DNA of 64,000 nt from Carcharhinus longimanus (GCA_030264375.1 JASCQW010000109.1:51933809-51997808); one strand, 5' to 3'. Shown: positions 25,846 through 39,919, numbered from the stretch's first letter. The notes: generated by a model from the sequence alone, not told the origin. A program made the numbers and translations.

Positions 25846-27337
25846 GCCTACTCCACTCCTTATTTCTTGTGGCCTTATGGTCTTGTCAGTCATGGAATCA
25901 AACCTCTGCTTCCAATCTTCAGAATCAATATACCTAAAATTCTGAACAACTTATTTTATCTCCTCTAGTGAAAATGATCACGTGGGGCTCCAAATTTATT
26001 TCTCAGCCCATTTATGTGGGAACATATAAACATACAAATTATGAGCAGAAGTAGGTCATTTGGCCTCCAGGCCTGCTCCGTCATTCAATAAGGTCTGAAC
26101 TGATAGTGGCCTCGGCAACACTTTCCTGTCTGACTCCTAAACATGGCAGCCAAGCCCTCTTAGCTGCAAGAAAGGCCCCATGTCAGGTAGTGGCAAAAAT
26201 CTCTCCCAAAAAAGTCAGCAGGCAGGAGGGACTGATGCAGGGTCTCTGTCCACCACTGGCAGAATGTCAATCAGTTCATTATTTCCTGATTGGCTGGCAG
26301 TCTCGGGACTTCTGCCACCGGGGTCTTCAAGTGCATGGAAGACCTGATCGTGGCCATTCAAATGACTGAAAGGTTATTGATTCCATTGGGCTCCCACAGT
26401 AAACTAAGGGGGCTTCTCCCTGAGTGTACTGTGGGAGTCCAATGGAATGAAGTGCCAAGAAGAGACCCCCNNNNNNNNNNNNNNNNNNNNNNNNNNNNNN
26501 NNNNNNNNNNNNNNNNNNNNNNNNNNNNNNNNNNNNNNNNNNNNNNNNNNNNNNNNNNNNNNNNNNNNNNGTGCCAAGAAGAGACCCACATCCACCTGAA
26601 AAATTGAGATCTACACAAAATGGTTTGTGCATTTGTCAGTACAGCATGCTGAACGTCACATAAAATTGTGAAAACATAATAAAGACCCTCTCCTCGTCAC
26701 AATATTAAGAAAAAGAAAGCCGTGGCTTCAAAATGAATTACTGTGACCCGCTGCGTTCACAGGGACTAATTGCTGATTGAGAGGGAAAGGGGGCTGAGCA
26801 ATGCACAAGGTTTATCACACCCTTCTTACACAATTGGTACATTATTGTGAATCCAGATGGAATCAAAAAACTTTACTCAGCATTATGTGAAATACATTTT
26901 GATGATCTAATCATGCTTCTTATGGGATTTAAAAAAAACCTTGCACGATTCAGCATAAATTGGCATTTCGTTTAAAGGGGAATGGTGCTGAAAGACTGAT
27001 GTCCTGAGGGAGAGTCTGGAATTCTCCGGCCATTCACGCCCCACCACTGCTGCCAGCAAGAAGGGAGAATTTGGCGCTCAGCCCAATCTCCATTCACTGC
27101 AACGGGATTGGAGAATCCCAGCAACGGGTAAGGTCAGAGAATCTGGCCCAATGTCCCAGTAAAACCATCTTGGGCAACACGATACCAATTTACTTCTTTG
27201 ATTTATCTGATCTCATTATAACTTCAAAGTTTAGCAACAGTTAGTTCTGCCATTCTAGAATTTTAAAAGCCTTTAAAAGAAGGGGATGAGGAAACATTTA
27301 AGGGATTTACAGTTTTGAGCTCTTGGTGAAGAATCAG

Positions 27338-27652
27338 GGTGGCACAGTGGTTAGCATTGCTGCCTCACAGTGCCAGGGCCCTGGGTTCGATTCCCGGCTT
27401 GAGTCACCGTCTGTGTGGAGTTTGCACGTTCCTCCCGTGTCTGTGTGGGTTTCGTCCAGATGCACCGGTTTCCTCCCACAATCCAAAGATGTGAATGTTA
27501 GTTGGATTGGCTTTGGTAAATTGCCCCTTAGTATCAGGAAGACTAGCTAGGGTAAATGCATGGGATGATGGGGATAGGACCAGGATGGGATTGTGGTCAG
27601 TGCAAACTCGATGGACCGAACGGTCTCCTTCTGCACTGTACGGATTCTATGA
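27338..27652 (+). mobile_element. HE1/V-SINE-type SINE
   Basis: A box ggtggcacagtggttagc, B box ggttcgattcc and a CR1-like tail. Confidence 0.88.
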
Positions 27653-30169
27653 ATTTGATAGGATAGATGAAGCGATGAGTGAATTTATACAAAGTGATGT
27701 TTTCCCAAGGAGGAAAGATGTGCAAAACAACATTTTTGGAGCCTAAGGACAACGTGGAGTCGCTGTGATTATTGTGATAAAACCATGTTTTTTTAAAAAT
27801 TATAATGACTTAGTTTACTGAGTGGGCTGAACCCACAGGATAAGTTTTAAAAAGACTGACAACAGTATTTTTAAGTGACCCAATTAGCAGTTGCCAAAAT
27901 GGCTCAATATTTACATAACTTCGTCTTACAAATTACAAAGCTATCAGAAAGCAGTTGTCCTGCCTGAAAGTGATCCAGCAAGACAATCAGTTTATATGAG
28001 AGTGAATGGCCCTTCCTCTGAATTAATCAGACATCCAGATATAATCTGTTTAGGTAGGTGAGTGTGGATCAAGCTCTTAAAAACTCATACAAATTGAATA
28101 GTGGGTCCAAGCTGAGAGGAGGCCTCCACATGATCATTTTCATTATATCACTTTNNNNNNNNNNNNNNNNNNNNNNNNNNNNNNNNNNNNNNNNNNNNNN
28201 NNNNNNNNNNNNNNNNNNNNNNNNNNNNNNNNNNNNNNNNNNNNNNNNNNNNNNATGATCATTTTAATTATATCACTTTGAACAGTGCACCTAGAAAGAA
28301 TGTTCCCACCTTGCTGTGACCATATACAGTAACTACCTTTTATGTGGATAAAGATTGTGATAGCAAGCTAAACCTTTGTGTGAAAAAGACACTACTTTTC
28401 CAGAGACAGACAGGCCATGAGTTGGTAACAGCGAGAAGGGGACTCATGGTCCCTCTTTCTTTCTCCAGCCAGGTGCTCTGTTGTATTTGACTGGCCAAAT
28501 GCCATAAACAGCATCTTCAACCTAAATCAAACAGCTGTTGACTCCAGAGGAAAAGATACAGATCATCCATTACAATGTTAAATTGCCTCTGTGCAGAATC
28601 TGGAAAAAACACTCAGCACGGCCTGAAACCATCCAATGCATCAACCTACAGGGCATGTAAATGATTGACTTTCTTTTGGACATCCTTAAACAATGTGACC
28701 TATTGAAATAATGTTTTGTCAATGTTGCTTTTAGTTTGATTGTTCTAGTAAGAGTCTTAAACTTTGAAACCTCGTAATCCTTTCAATCATTCATTGGTAG
28801 TTTAAATTTATTTTGTAGAAAGGTATCAGGTGCAAAAGAAATTGTAACAGTGGACAAAGATAGGTTTTTTGTAAGACAACAGATCATTAGGCCCAAGTGA
28901 TACTTAGCAAAGAAACACTTTTTAACTTGCGTCTTCTCTTCCCAAAGATGTGAGGGTTAGGTTGATTGGCCATGCTAAATTGATGCTAGTGTTGGGGGAT
29001 TAGCAGGGTGAATATGTGGGGTTGCGGGAATAGGGCCTAGGTGGGATTGTGGCCAATGCAGACACGATGGGCTGAACAACCACCTTCTGCATTGTAGGGA
29101 TTCTAGGATTCTCGTAACCTATTTGTGTGGAAATCTTTGTGCTGCACCTGGGTTTGAGAATAGGAGCATTTATATTATTTTTTGTCTATCAGATATTACG
29201 GAGAATAAACACAATTTCCTTTTCTTTTAAAGCTTAACAAAAACATTGCTCCAATCAGTACTTAGGGGTATCTAAGAAACAAAATTTTAAACGTTATGCT
29301 TGCTCTTCGAGATCTCAGGAGAAAAATACAAACTTGATCATCCCAGTGCTTCAAACCATTCCCGGCTACTGAGAATTGTCTTGGAGGATGGAAATTCAGA
29401 TATGGTTGGGCAAAATCAAATTGGGATCTCATTATACAACTCACTGAGACCCACATTCCATTGGAAATAAGAAGCGCTACTTGCGATCTGAAAAGGACTG
29501 TTGCATCTCTATGTTGAAACTGAATATAAAATCATATCTCATCATTAAAGACGACAATATAACATATCCTTTATCCAATTAAATAGAAAAATTACAATTT
29601 ACGTACATCCACAGCGTTTTCTGGGCCAAATAATGTAAACAGATGGTTCTTTTTTCCCTAGTCTTATACTGCACTTAATTGCAAATTGCCGAACTGTGAT
29701 TTACTTGGAGTGTTGTGGGTGTACATTTACCACTTGACCTTGCAATTAGCTTGCAATCTAAGATATTCTGGTATCCTGTAAGCTACTAGAATTTTAATGT
29801 TGGATCCAATACTCAGAAGCAAAGCGATGGATTGTTAAATAATTACAGATAGGCTGCATATGAAATTGGAAATGTTTAATGAATGGAAAAGTCTGCTGCA
29901 AAATATGCAAGGTTTAAAGTACAAAGAACAATGTCTAATGGACTGAGTTTGCTGATGTTACAACTGCACTCCCCACATATGCAATTGCTGTGCCAATAAT
30001 ATCACTGCCAGGAAGGTTACATTAAAGATGGCGCAGACCAAATTCAACCAAAAACAATTTCCTTGAACAGAAAGCTGCAAATAATACTATAATCATCCTC
30101 TATGATAAAAAAAATTGCTATTTTTTAATTAAAATTGTAATACTTAAGCAGATTGAGTATCAGTTTGGA

Positions 30170-30512
30170 GAGACAATGGCCTAGTAGTATTATTGCTAGA
30201 CTATTAATCCACAAACTCGATAATGTTCTGAGACCTGTGTTCAAATCCCATCATGTCACATAGTGAATTTGAATTCAATAAAAATATTTGGAACTAAGAA
30301 TCTACTGATGATCATGAAACCACTATGGGAAAAACCCACTGGGTTCACTTATGCCCTTGAAGGAAGAAAATCTGCCATCCTTACCCATTCTGGCCTACAC
30401 GTGACTCCAGAGCCACAGCAATGTGGTTGACTCTGAACTGCCCTCAGGCAACTAGGAATGGGCAATAAATGCTGGCCAGCCAGCGACACCCATGTCCCAT
30501 AAATGAATAAGA
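30170..30512 (+). mobile_element. tRNA-derived SINE (15000-type)
   Basis: Collinear with 15000-15375. Confidence 0.8.
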
Positions 30513-31424
30513 AGATAGATTATTAACCATTTAAAATGTGAGTGATGTTGCAAAAAGCAGTTTTTTTACTGATTGTAATTAGAGACTAGCATATACTTGG
30601 CAATTTAAATAGACAGTATGCTTCTTTACTTTGTATCTACTTATTGTTGCTTCTTTCCTGGCGAATATGAGATAGAAAATGTGCAGGGCAGTTTCCGTTG
30701 TGTCTAACTGATTCTGTAAGCACAGGAGAACAGCAGTGAGGACATGGTGGAGAGGGACATGGGGGTCTCAGGCTAGTGGTGGACTGGATGGCACAGCTGC
30801 AAACCAGAATTGGCATCAGCTGACGGGCACACGTGTGATACCAGCATGGGAGAAATGGTGAGTGCATGCCAAATGCGCATGTGCACCTCTTCCTAGCACT
30901 TGGTCAGTCAGCATCAGGAGTTGAAGTGTTCTTATTAATTTTGCTTACAAAGGACAAATGAAATGGAACAATTTCCCCATTTTATATATCCAACTGTGTC
31001 AGGCACTTTCACATTAGATACTCTTAGCTGCAGGATTGAGCTCTCTAAATTTTGGTTCAGGAAAGTCTCAGCTTTAATGTTTGAGCAGTGGAGCAACGTC
31101 CCTACAATATTTTCCTGTTTACTATACCATCTATTAAAGGACAGATTCAAAATGTTCATTAAGACTGAAGTACCTGCAATTTAGTGATCCCAACTTACGC
31201 CTACTAAGAACGGGTTAAAAATTGCCCAAAACAGTTTCAAATATGAAACCTTACAGTTCCCACACTATGGAGATGCTTATCCAATTAATCTGGTCTTGAT
31301 TTGAAGCCAGAGGCTGAGCTTTTAGGAATGAGGCAGAGCACCATGTGTGTTCTCCACCCCCACTCTGTTCCCAGGTCACTTTCTCATCAGCAGGATGGGG
31401 ATGGCTGAGCTACACACCCACAAG

Positions 31425-31771
31425 TAGAACCACAGAATCCTTAGTGCAGAAAGAGGCTATCCAGCCCATCGAGTCTACACTGACCCTCTAAAAGAGCATC
31501 CCACTTAGGCCCTCCCTTCCAGACTATTCCTGTAACCCTGTACATTTATCATAGCTAATCCACCTAACTTACACATCCCTGGACATTAAAGGGCAATGTA
31601 ACATGGTCAATCCACCTAACCTGTACGTCTTTAGACTGCAGGAGGAAAGTAGAGCACCCGGAGAAAACCCACAGGGAGATCGTGTCAACTCCACACAGAC
31701 AGTCACCCTAAGCTAGATTCGAACTTGGGTACCTGGTACAGTGAGGCAGCAGTGCGAACCACTGTGCCACT
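31425..31771 (-). mobile_element. HE1/V-SINE-type SINE
   Basis: Full reverse-complement copy. Confidence 0.85.
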
Positions 31772-32649
31772 ATAGAGGGTAGTAGATTCATCTAACTAAG
31801 GAAGTGGTATGGCGTTTTGTTGGAGGTTGACTGGAATTTTCCACACAGCTTCTTGGTTCCCAGAAGTATTGTGAAACAAGGCAGTTACCTGGAGGCAGCC
31901 TCCCAGCAGTAGACTGGGAATGTTAGTGCTCTCAGCTGGCTTAAAAGCCCTCAGTGGCTACCTTGGTTACAGCTGCAGGCTGCCTTGCTGTAGAAGGGTT
32001 CTGACCCTGCAATAAAGTTAAAAAGGTTAGAGAGAGGCACCTCAGAGTGGTGGTGTCCCCTGTCTCTCTCATTTACCTTGAAAGGCAAATTGTTGCTCCT
32101 TCTGAGTTGGATGCTTCCCTATTGGCACCCGTCATCCTTAATTAGATGGGTAGCCCATCCTTTGGCTACTAATTAGCCGGTTGAGGGAAAGTCACAGATG
32201 AATGACCATTTCCCACACAGCGTGGTTTCTGACCTCCATTTGAGAAACAATCAAATCCCAAAGAGTTAACAAACAGGCAGATCAAGCCTACAACTGAGAA
32301 GGGGAATTGGTTTTGAGCAGTAGCACAAAATGGGAGAAAGTAAATCAACCCCAAATTCAATGATAAGAAATTTGGAGTGGAAACAAGGCAGCCACTTCAC
32401 AATTGCCCATTTTGATTGACCAGCTTAACTTCCACTGGCTCACAACACTTAACCTAACACTTCCATTCATGAAAAAAGGAACAGGATCCACTGATTTACC
32501 TCTTTAGAACTGACACACCCTCTAGGCTTGTACAGGAACATTTACTGTACTTCCAGAACGACTGTCCAATATCTCCTGCAAATGAAGACACCTTAACTTT
32601 TGTTTTCTTAAGTGACTGAAATTGTTCTGTGGACAAGCTGCCAACGTGA

Positions 32650-32945
32650 TACAGTGGCAGAGGGGGTAGCACTGTTACCTCATAATGTCTTGAACACAGG
32701 TTCAGTTCCTGGCGTGGGTCACTGGCTTTGTGGAGTCTGCACGTTCTCCCCATGTCTGTGTGGGTTTCCTCTGGGTGTTCCAGTTTCCTTCCACAGTCCA
32801 AAAGACGCGTTGGTTAGGTGCATCGGCCATGCTAAATTCTCCCTCAGTAGGTGCTGGAGTATGGCTAGTTCGGGGATTTTCACAAGAACTTAAATGCAGT
32901 GTTAATGTAAGCCTATTTGTGACAATAATAAACAAACTTTAAATT
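32650..32945 (+). mobile_element. V-SINE-type SINE with an alternative 3' tail (also 33487-33750 -, 8945-9095 +, 59765-59890 +)
   Basis: Same head and core as the HE1 type, but the tail reads ggggattttcac..tgcagtgttaatgtaagcc..gtgacaataataaa. Confidence 0.8.
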
Positions 32946-34794
32946 TTAAATTCTGACTATTAGTGCCAACTGCCCTGCAATTAATAACTTACCAACATGC
33001 CCTGATGTTGTTCTACTTATTAGAATTTGATGAATGCTGAGTAGATTTACATTAAGTTTCTATTAAAACCAACATATTCATTACTGTAAACAACCTGTTT
33101 TAATACCTGCAAAATACATTACAAAATTTAAGTTCATACAAAAACTAGAACTTTGCTTTCCTGAGAATTGTATTTCTTCATTTACCTTTGCATCGGAACC
33201 ACATTGTCCATCACTTTACTGCACACATTGATCATGAATGCATGAATTTGCTCCAAATTTAATTTGGAAGTAGTCTTATTTTCCCTAAGTAATGTGCGGG
33301 AATCTGATGCAAAGTTGTTTCTCCATAAGTTTACATGTCTTCCTCTTTTTAGGAAAGACTAAATAAAAGGTGATAGTAACAGAAATATTGATGGAGAATA
33401 GCTCCAGGACAGTTATGATGCTGGGTCACTATTGATATTGAATAATGCTAAACAGTGTCCATGACCACCACAACAACGTTATTGAACTTAAAGTTTATTT
33501 AAGTGCCACAAGTAAGCTTACATTAACATTGCAATGAAGCTACTGTGGAAATCCCCTAGTCACCATACTATGGCACCTGTATGGTTACATTGAGGGAGAA
33601 TTTAGCATGGCCAATGCATCAAACTAACAAGTTTTTTGGACTGTGGGAGGAAACCCGCGCAGACACAGGGACAACATGCAGACTTCGCACAGACAGTGAC
33701 CCAAGCCAGGAATTGAACCTGGGTCCCTGGCACTGTGCCACTGTACTGCCCCAAGACTTGGAAAGGAATTTGTAACATTGACCGATTTGATGATAACCAA
33801 AGAGCAATGAGTTGAAGAGAAAGGGGACACAAGTATACTTATGGAGAGGACAGGCTTGAATACCAAAGGTTCACTGGGTTTGGTTATAAAGATTTAATTC
33901 TCAATAAACAAATGTATGAAAAATCTTATTTTCTGACTGAAAGATTCTGATTAATATAAGCAGCAAATGCAGAAAATACTCAACAGGACTGACAGCACCT
34001 GTACAAAGGGAGAGAAAAAAAACTGACCCAATGACCCAGACCTTCTGGTCTGTGGATTGTTGGAGACCAGATATGCAACACATGGGAAATCCCAAAGCAC
34101 TGACTCCATGGAAATTGCCCAGGAAGTTTGAACTTTCAATGTGCAATTCTTCAGTTTCCCAGGACCCGCCAAAAAGGTTACCAACTCTGAGTTAAAGTCA
34201 AAGATTTCATACAGTTCCAATTGAATTATCCAGGAAATGTTATACAGAAAAGTCCTAGTCCAACTCCTGGGTAACTATGAAACTGACTCCACCAAACACT
34301 CAAACTGACCCTGTGACATCGCCCTCCACCCCGAACTATCTCCCTAACACCCCAACCACCTACCCTCAAAGTGACCATCCCTCATGACCAGACCTGGTAC
34401 TTTTGCCCAGCTAAATGCTTTGGGACCTGTAAACAGTTGTCAGAATATGGCAGCGAGCACAGATTCTTCTCACTGCCCCCTGAGTGGATCCCTGCTCTGT
34501 GGGTGTTCTTCTGCATGGTGGATCAGAAGTTTGGCCAGAAAGATCGAATCCAAGTAAGTAGGTAGTTTTCTGTCTGATCAGCATTGGACAAAGCGGTTCC
34601 AATTCTGATCAGAAGATTTGGGCCAATGTTTCATGTCTGTGGCCTTTCATCAGACCCAGAACCTGAAGCATTAATTCTAGTTGTCACACCACAGATGCTG
34701 TCACAGGTGCTGAGTATTGCCCACATTTGCTGCTTTTGCTTCAAATTTCCAGCATCCACAGAGTTTTGCTTTGGAGTGATTCTGGTTATTGGGT

Positions 34795-34800
34795 TTTATT
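34795..34800 (-). promoter_or_regulatory. Candidate polyadenylation signal (AATAAA) for ATP10B
   Basis: tttatt on the + strand, about 600 nt downstream of the stop codon in AT-rich sequence. Position is the only evidence. Confidence 0.35.
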
Positions 34801-35402
34801 ATAAAATTCACATCATTTACTAAGTCAATAAACACATATATAATGTGCAAGGGTTAAATAAAAACATCTCGGAAGATTGTGCAGATTTATATACTTCATA
34901 ACTAATGGGCTGTCATGAAGGCAAATAAATGTCAATGGCACAAAAGTTGGTAGTTTGGCAGTTAAGTTCATGTGGTCTTGGTTACGCAAGGAGATAGAGA
35001 AAGCTTGGGGGCAGAACTTTCCAGTCCCCCCACCAGGGGAATCATGGCAGGTGGTTCACAAGTCATACAAAGGTCCGTTGACCTCAGGTGGTATTTTCCG
35101 ACCTTTGGGCGAGTATGGCGGTAAGATCCTGTGCTTAGGCTTTCAGACTAGATCATTTGAAACTTTGCACATGTATTGCAGTTTTTGGTTCCAGTGACAA
35201 CAATATCTGTTTTCTGCAGTAGACTTGGTGCTTATAAGTCCTTTCAGGAATGTGGTTTCCAGTCAGGATTTAGTATTGACTGATAGGAAGGAAGCCGAGT
35301 TTCTGTTGTTCTTGCAGCTAACCAGGAATGGGTAGTTTCACAAGAACTCTCATTGATTCCACTTTGCATCATTTTATCTCCGGTGAAAGTGACTCCTGAT
35401 TC

Positions 35403-35685
35403 TCACACAGTATTGATGGAACTCTGTACTTTAGCTATTCCAGCTGGATTGGAAGAAATAAATTGAGGATCGTGATTACTTGCCATTGTACAAGGATGGT
35501 TGGCATTTTCAACTGGCAATTGATCCTCAGAATCTGTTAAAGGTGAAGTATCATCTGCTGTGATGTCAAGGCCTTTCCAATGTTTGATTGCTTGAATGCG
35601 TTGCTCTCTATCCAATTTGTCCAGTTGTCGCGCTTTGAGGACATGAGATGCAAAGACTGTGCCTTGAAGACTACGAAATAAATAC
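35403..35685 (-). CDS. ATP10B: ATP10B-like terminal coding exon: (R)YLFRSLQGTVFASHVLKARQLDKL...VQSSINTV*
   Basis: RYxxxSLQGT follows ALLP as in ATP10 proteins. Acceptor ttctcAG|G is in the correct phase; TGA at 35403-35405. Confidence 0.9.
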
Positions 35686-36342
35686 CTGAGAATATAAATA
35701 AAGGCATGCTGACTGTGCTTGCAATGTGTTAAAACAAATACTATCAAAACATGATTCAGGTTTAACTCCAATGCTGTAAACCTGTGAAGTTTATACCAAC
35801 GGAGTATCACAAATTTCCATTGTCAAAGGAAGTTCTTTTTTCTAATATTAAACTGGAGAATTTCCTGGGATAAGTGAGAAAGCCCAGCAGAACAGAAAAT
35901 AATTAAGTGGTAATATTAGCCCTCAAAAATGGGTGGGTTTGGATCGAGTGGGAGGTTAAAAACATTAACAATCTGAAACAGGAACCAACCTGCCTACATT
36001 CAACTGTGGTATTAATCAATGCACTCGCAGGAAACTAGTCGGTCATTAACACCCTTTAAGCAGGCTGTGTCTCATTTTATGATGTTTCTATTTTAAACCT
36101 GTGTCAGCCATGTCTCCCAGGCCTCAGGAAACAGGTCAAATTCAAAAAAAGACTAGATTTATTAGGTAAGTGCCTTTACAGCCCTGATTGTGGGTCAGAG
36201 GAAAGTTCAAGGGGTTTCCCCACAGGTCCAATGAGCTTGCTCATAAACTAGTTCCATGATCTCCCCGTAATAAACCCCAACCCCACCACCATGTCCCCAT
36301 GGTCACCAACCACTGCTGTGATCATTGATTTTCCCCATTTCA

Positions 36343-36855
36343 AAGAACAAAGAACAGGATAACACTGGAACAGGTTCTTCGGCCCACCAAGTCTGTGCTG
36401 ACACAGATGCCTCTTCAATTTAATATTTTCATTCCTTGACATGGTCCATATCCCTCTATTCCCTGCCTATTCATGTATCTATTGAGATGCCTCTTGAACA
36501 TTGTTAAAGAATCTGCTTCCACCACCTCCTCTAGAAGCACGTTCCAAGCATTTGCAACCTTATGTGTGAAAAACTTGCCCTTTGCACCTTTTAAACTTTT
36601 CAACTCTCACTTTCAACCTATTCTCCTGAATATTGATCCTTCAACCTTGGGTAAAATAATCTGATTATCCACTCTATCCAAGCCTGTCATAATCTGTAAA
36701 CATCTATCAGGTTCTTCCTCATCCTCCGATGCTCCAATGAAAACAGTCAAAGTTTGTTCAACATTTCTTCATAGTCCATATCCTCTAAACCAGGCAACAT
36801 CCTGGTAAATCTCCTCTGCACCCTTTCCAATGCATTAACATCCTACCAGTAGTGT

Positions 36856-36886
<31 letters not shown>

Positions 36887-37505
36887 ACGGTCTAACCTAA
36901 GTCTTATACAGCTGCAACATGATTTTTCAATTCCTACACTCAATGCCCTGACCAATGAAGGCCAGCATGCCATGTACCTTTCTTGATCACCTTGTCCACC
37001 TGAGTTGTCACATTCAGGGAACTGTGGATCTGCATGCCTAGATCCCTTTAAATGCTAATATTCCTAAGGGCTCTACATTTACTGTATACGTTCCTTCTGC
37101 AGTAGACCTTCCAAATTGCATGACCTCATATTTGTCTGGGTTAAATTCCATCTGCCATCTTTAAGCCCAGCCAATTTGTATCCTGCTATATCCTCTGACA
37201 ATCCTCCTCATTATCCGCCACTCCCCTAATTTTTGTATCATCTGCAAATTTACTAATCAGAACACTTACATTTTCTTCCAAATCATTTATATATATTACA
37301 AACAACAGAGGTCCTAGCATGAATTCTTGTGAAACGCTGCTTGTCACAGACCTCCAGTTGGAAAAGTGCCCTTCCACTGCTACTCTCTGCCCAAGTCTGT
37401 TGTGTATCCATCTTACCACTCATCTTGGATCCCATCTGACTTAATCTTCTGTATCAGCCTGCCATGAGGAACCTTATCAAAGGCTTTACTAAAATCCATA
37501 TATAG
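36343..37505 (-). mobile_element. CR1 LINE RT to 3' end (intronic)
   Basis: Encodes YMDFSKAFDKVPHGRL and LGPLLFVIYINDL..ISKFADDTK, followed by the 3' tail. Confidence 0.92.
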
Positions 37506-38014
37506 AACATCCCTCTGATTCCCTACAATTGCTGCCTCTCCTAATAATCTCCCCATTTCCAACCTTGAACACCAAATTCCAACCCTTTTCCACCCCATCT
37601 TTCCTCCCATTCTCTGACTCCCCATGATCTGCCCCTTGAACTTGCAAACATACAAATTAGGAGCAGAGGCAAGACATTCAGATCCTCCAGACTGGCTGAT
37701 CTGATTGTAACCTCAACCCCACATTCCTGCCTATTTTTGATAACCTTTCACTCCCTTGTTAATCAAGAATCTATTTAGCTCCATTTTAAAAATATTCAAC
37801 TACTCTGCTTCCACTGCCTTTTGAGGGAGAGAGTTTCAGGGACTCAGGATCCTCTGAAAGAAGAAATTTCTCCTCAACTCCGTCTTAAATGAACAATACA
37901 TTTTTAAACCTAGTTGTCGATTCTCCAATAAGAGGAAACATAAGGGCAGTTAGTCATGAGCAATAAATACGAACCCAGCCAGTGACAATCACATTCCCCG
38001 GAATTGTTCTTAGT

Positions 38015-38850
38015 GCCAGAGATTGTCAGAGGATACGAAGGGATATAGAGAGATTGGAGACTTGGGCACAGAAATGGCAAATAGCTTTTAATCCAGACAA
38101 ATGCCAGGTGATGCATTTTAGAGGATCAAATTTAGGTGTGAATTATACTATAAATGGTAGAACCCTTAGGAACATTGACATACAGAGGGATCTGGGCATG
38201 CAGGTCCAGTTTCCTAAAAGTGGCAACACAGGTGGCCAAGGTGATTAAGGAGGCATATGGCATGCTTGCCTTCATTGGCTAGGGCATTGAGTACAAGAGT
38301 TGGGAAATTATGTTGTAGCTATATAAAATCTTTGTTAGGCCGCATGGAGTATCGCCTGCAGTTCTGGTTGCCACACTAACAGAAGGACACGGAAGCTTTG
38401 GAGAGGGTGCAAAGAAGGTTCACCGGGATATTGCCTGGTCTTGATGGTGTTGGCTACGAGGAGAGGTTGAATAAACTAGGAATGCTTTCACTCGAAAGAT
38501 GGAGATATCTACAAAATTATGAGTGGCACAGACAGGGTGGATAGTCAAAGGCTTTTTCCCAGGGTGGAAGTGTCAATTACAAGTGGGCACAGGTTCACAG
38601 TGAGAGATAGAAAGTTTAAGGGAGAAGTGCAGGAGAAGTTTTTCACACAGAGTGGTGGATACCTAAAATGCACTACCAGAAGTAGTGGTGGAAGCAGACG
38701 CATTAGCAACATTTAAGAGGCATTTGGATGGGTTCATGAATAGGAAGGGAATAGAGGGATACAGACCCAGTAAGGGCAGAAGGTTTTATTTTAGTTTAGT
38801 TAGGGCACCGTGATCGGCGCAGGCTTGGAGGGCCGAAGGAACTGTTCCTG
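38015..38850 (+). mobile_element. CR1 LINE 3' part (intronic)
   Basis: Encodes WAQKWQIAFNPDKCQVMHF..QRDLG, followed by the tail. Confidence 0.9.
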
Positions 38851-39731
38851 TTTTTTTTTTGTTTTTTAGATGCTGAAATTTTGCTGGCATTAACACTGGC
38901 GGGATCTTACAGTTCCGCCAATGGTGCATCTCTGTTGCAGGTTTCCTGGCATTGAGGGGTGCATTCAATGGAAAACCCCAATGGCCAGACCCTAAAATCC
39001 TGTCACCAACAAGCAGCGCAATTCTTCCTGCTGCCATGAAACACACCATGGAGGGGGAGGAAATTCCCATTCATGTTCTCCACATCCACTCTGTCAATAT
39101 CCCTCAGGATCTTAAAGGTTTTGATCAAATCACCTCTTACTCGTCTAAACTCTAGTGGATACAAATCTAACCTCCAACCTTTTCTCATCAGGCAAACCAT
39201 CATTATTGGCATTAGTCCAATGAATCAATAATATCCAGTAACTGAACTGCTTCTAATGTATTTTCATTCTTCTTCAAATAAGGAGACCAATACTGCACAC
39301 AACACTCCAGTTTGGTCTCACCAATGCTCTGTACAAGTGAAGCATAACCTCCCTACTTTTGTAGTCACATCCACAAAACTATCCTGAACCTTGACTGCGA
39401 TTGATCCGCTCTGCAGAACTTCCTTGCCTGACAGGAAGGCAAGCTTGTCAGTCAGGTTGCCAGGTAGACAACCTGTTTAAAAAACATCTCCATGACATTT
39501 GCTGTTACTTTTCCCTTTGCTCATTGAATATTGAGGCCATTCAGTAGCTAAGATGGTTTGCTGTTTTTTATCAGATTTTGACCTTTTTGATTCAATTCTG
39601 AGGAGAAATGGGATTGGAACTCCAACAGATAAAACAGACAAGGTGTGCAATGGGTAACTGATTCCCTGATGCTTATTTGTCGATGACAAAAATTCTTGTG
39701 GACAATTCTAAAATTTAAAATAATTAATTAC

Positions 39732-39919
39732 CTTGGTAACAGGGCTAGAACTGGTGTGATGAGGCAAACAAGGTAGAAGAGTGGATCAGTCATCTGACGT
39801 TGCATTATCCAATAAGGATTTGATGGATGGTTGCAGGTCACACAGTTGGCACAATAAACAAGTGTAATCAAAATGTAGAAGGCTATGCTGCCAATCATTG
39901 AAACCCAATGCAACCAAGT
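39732..39919 (-). CDS. ATP10B: ATP10B-like exon (TM9-10): TWLHWVSMIGS...CNHPSNPYWIM...FYLVCLITPVLALLP(R)
   Basis: ATP10 motifs PSNPYW and ALLPR. Boundaries ccgacAG| and AG|GTaat; 188 nt, ending in phase 2. Confidence 0.95.

Noticed and set aside
26451-26588. gtgccaagaagagaccc repeated across a gap (possible TSD)
   Set aside because: It cannot be distinguished from an assembly overlap because the interior is unknown.
27338-27410. tRNA-like A and B boxes here and in the other SINE heads
   Set aside because: They are SINE heads continuing into a SINE core and tail, not cloverleaf tRNA genes.
28130-28279. Direct repeat atgatcatttt.attatatcacttt on both sides of an N gap
   Set aside because: This is the typical unmerged contig overlap around a 100-N placeholder gap.
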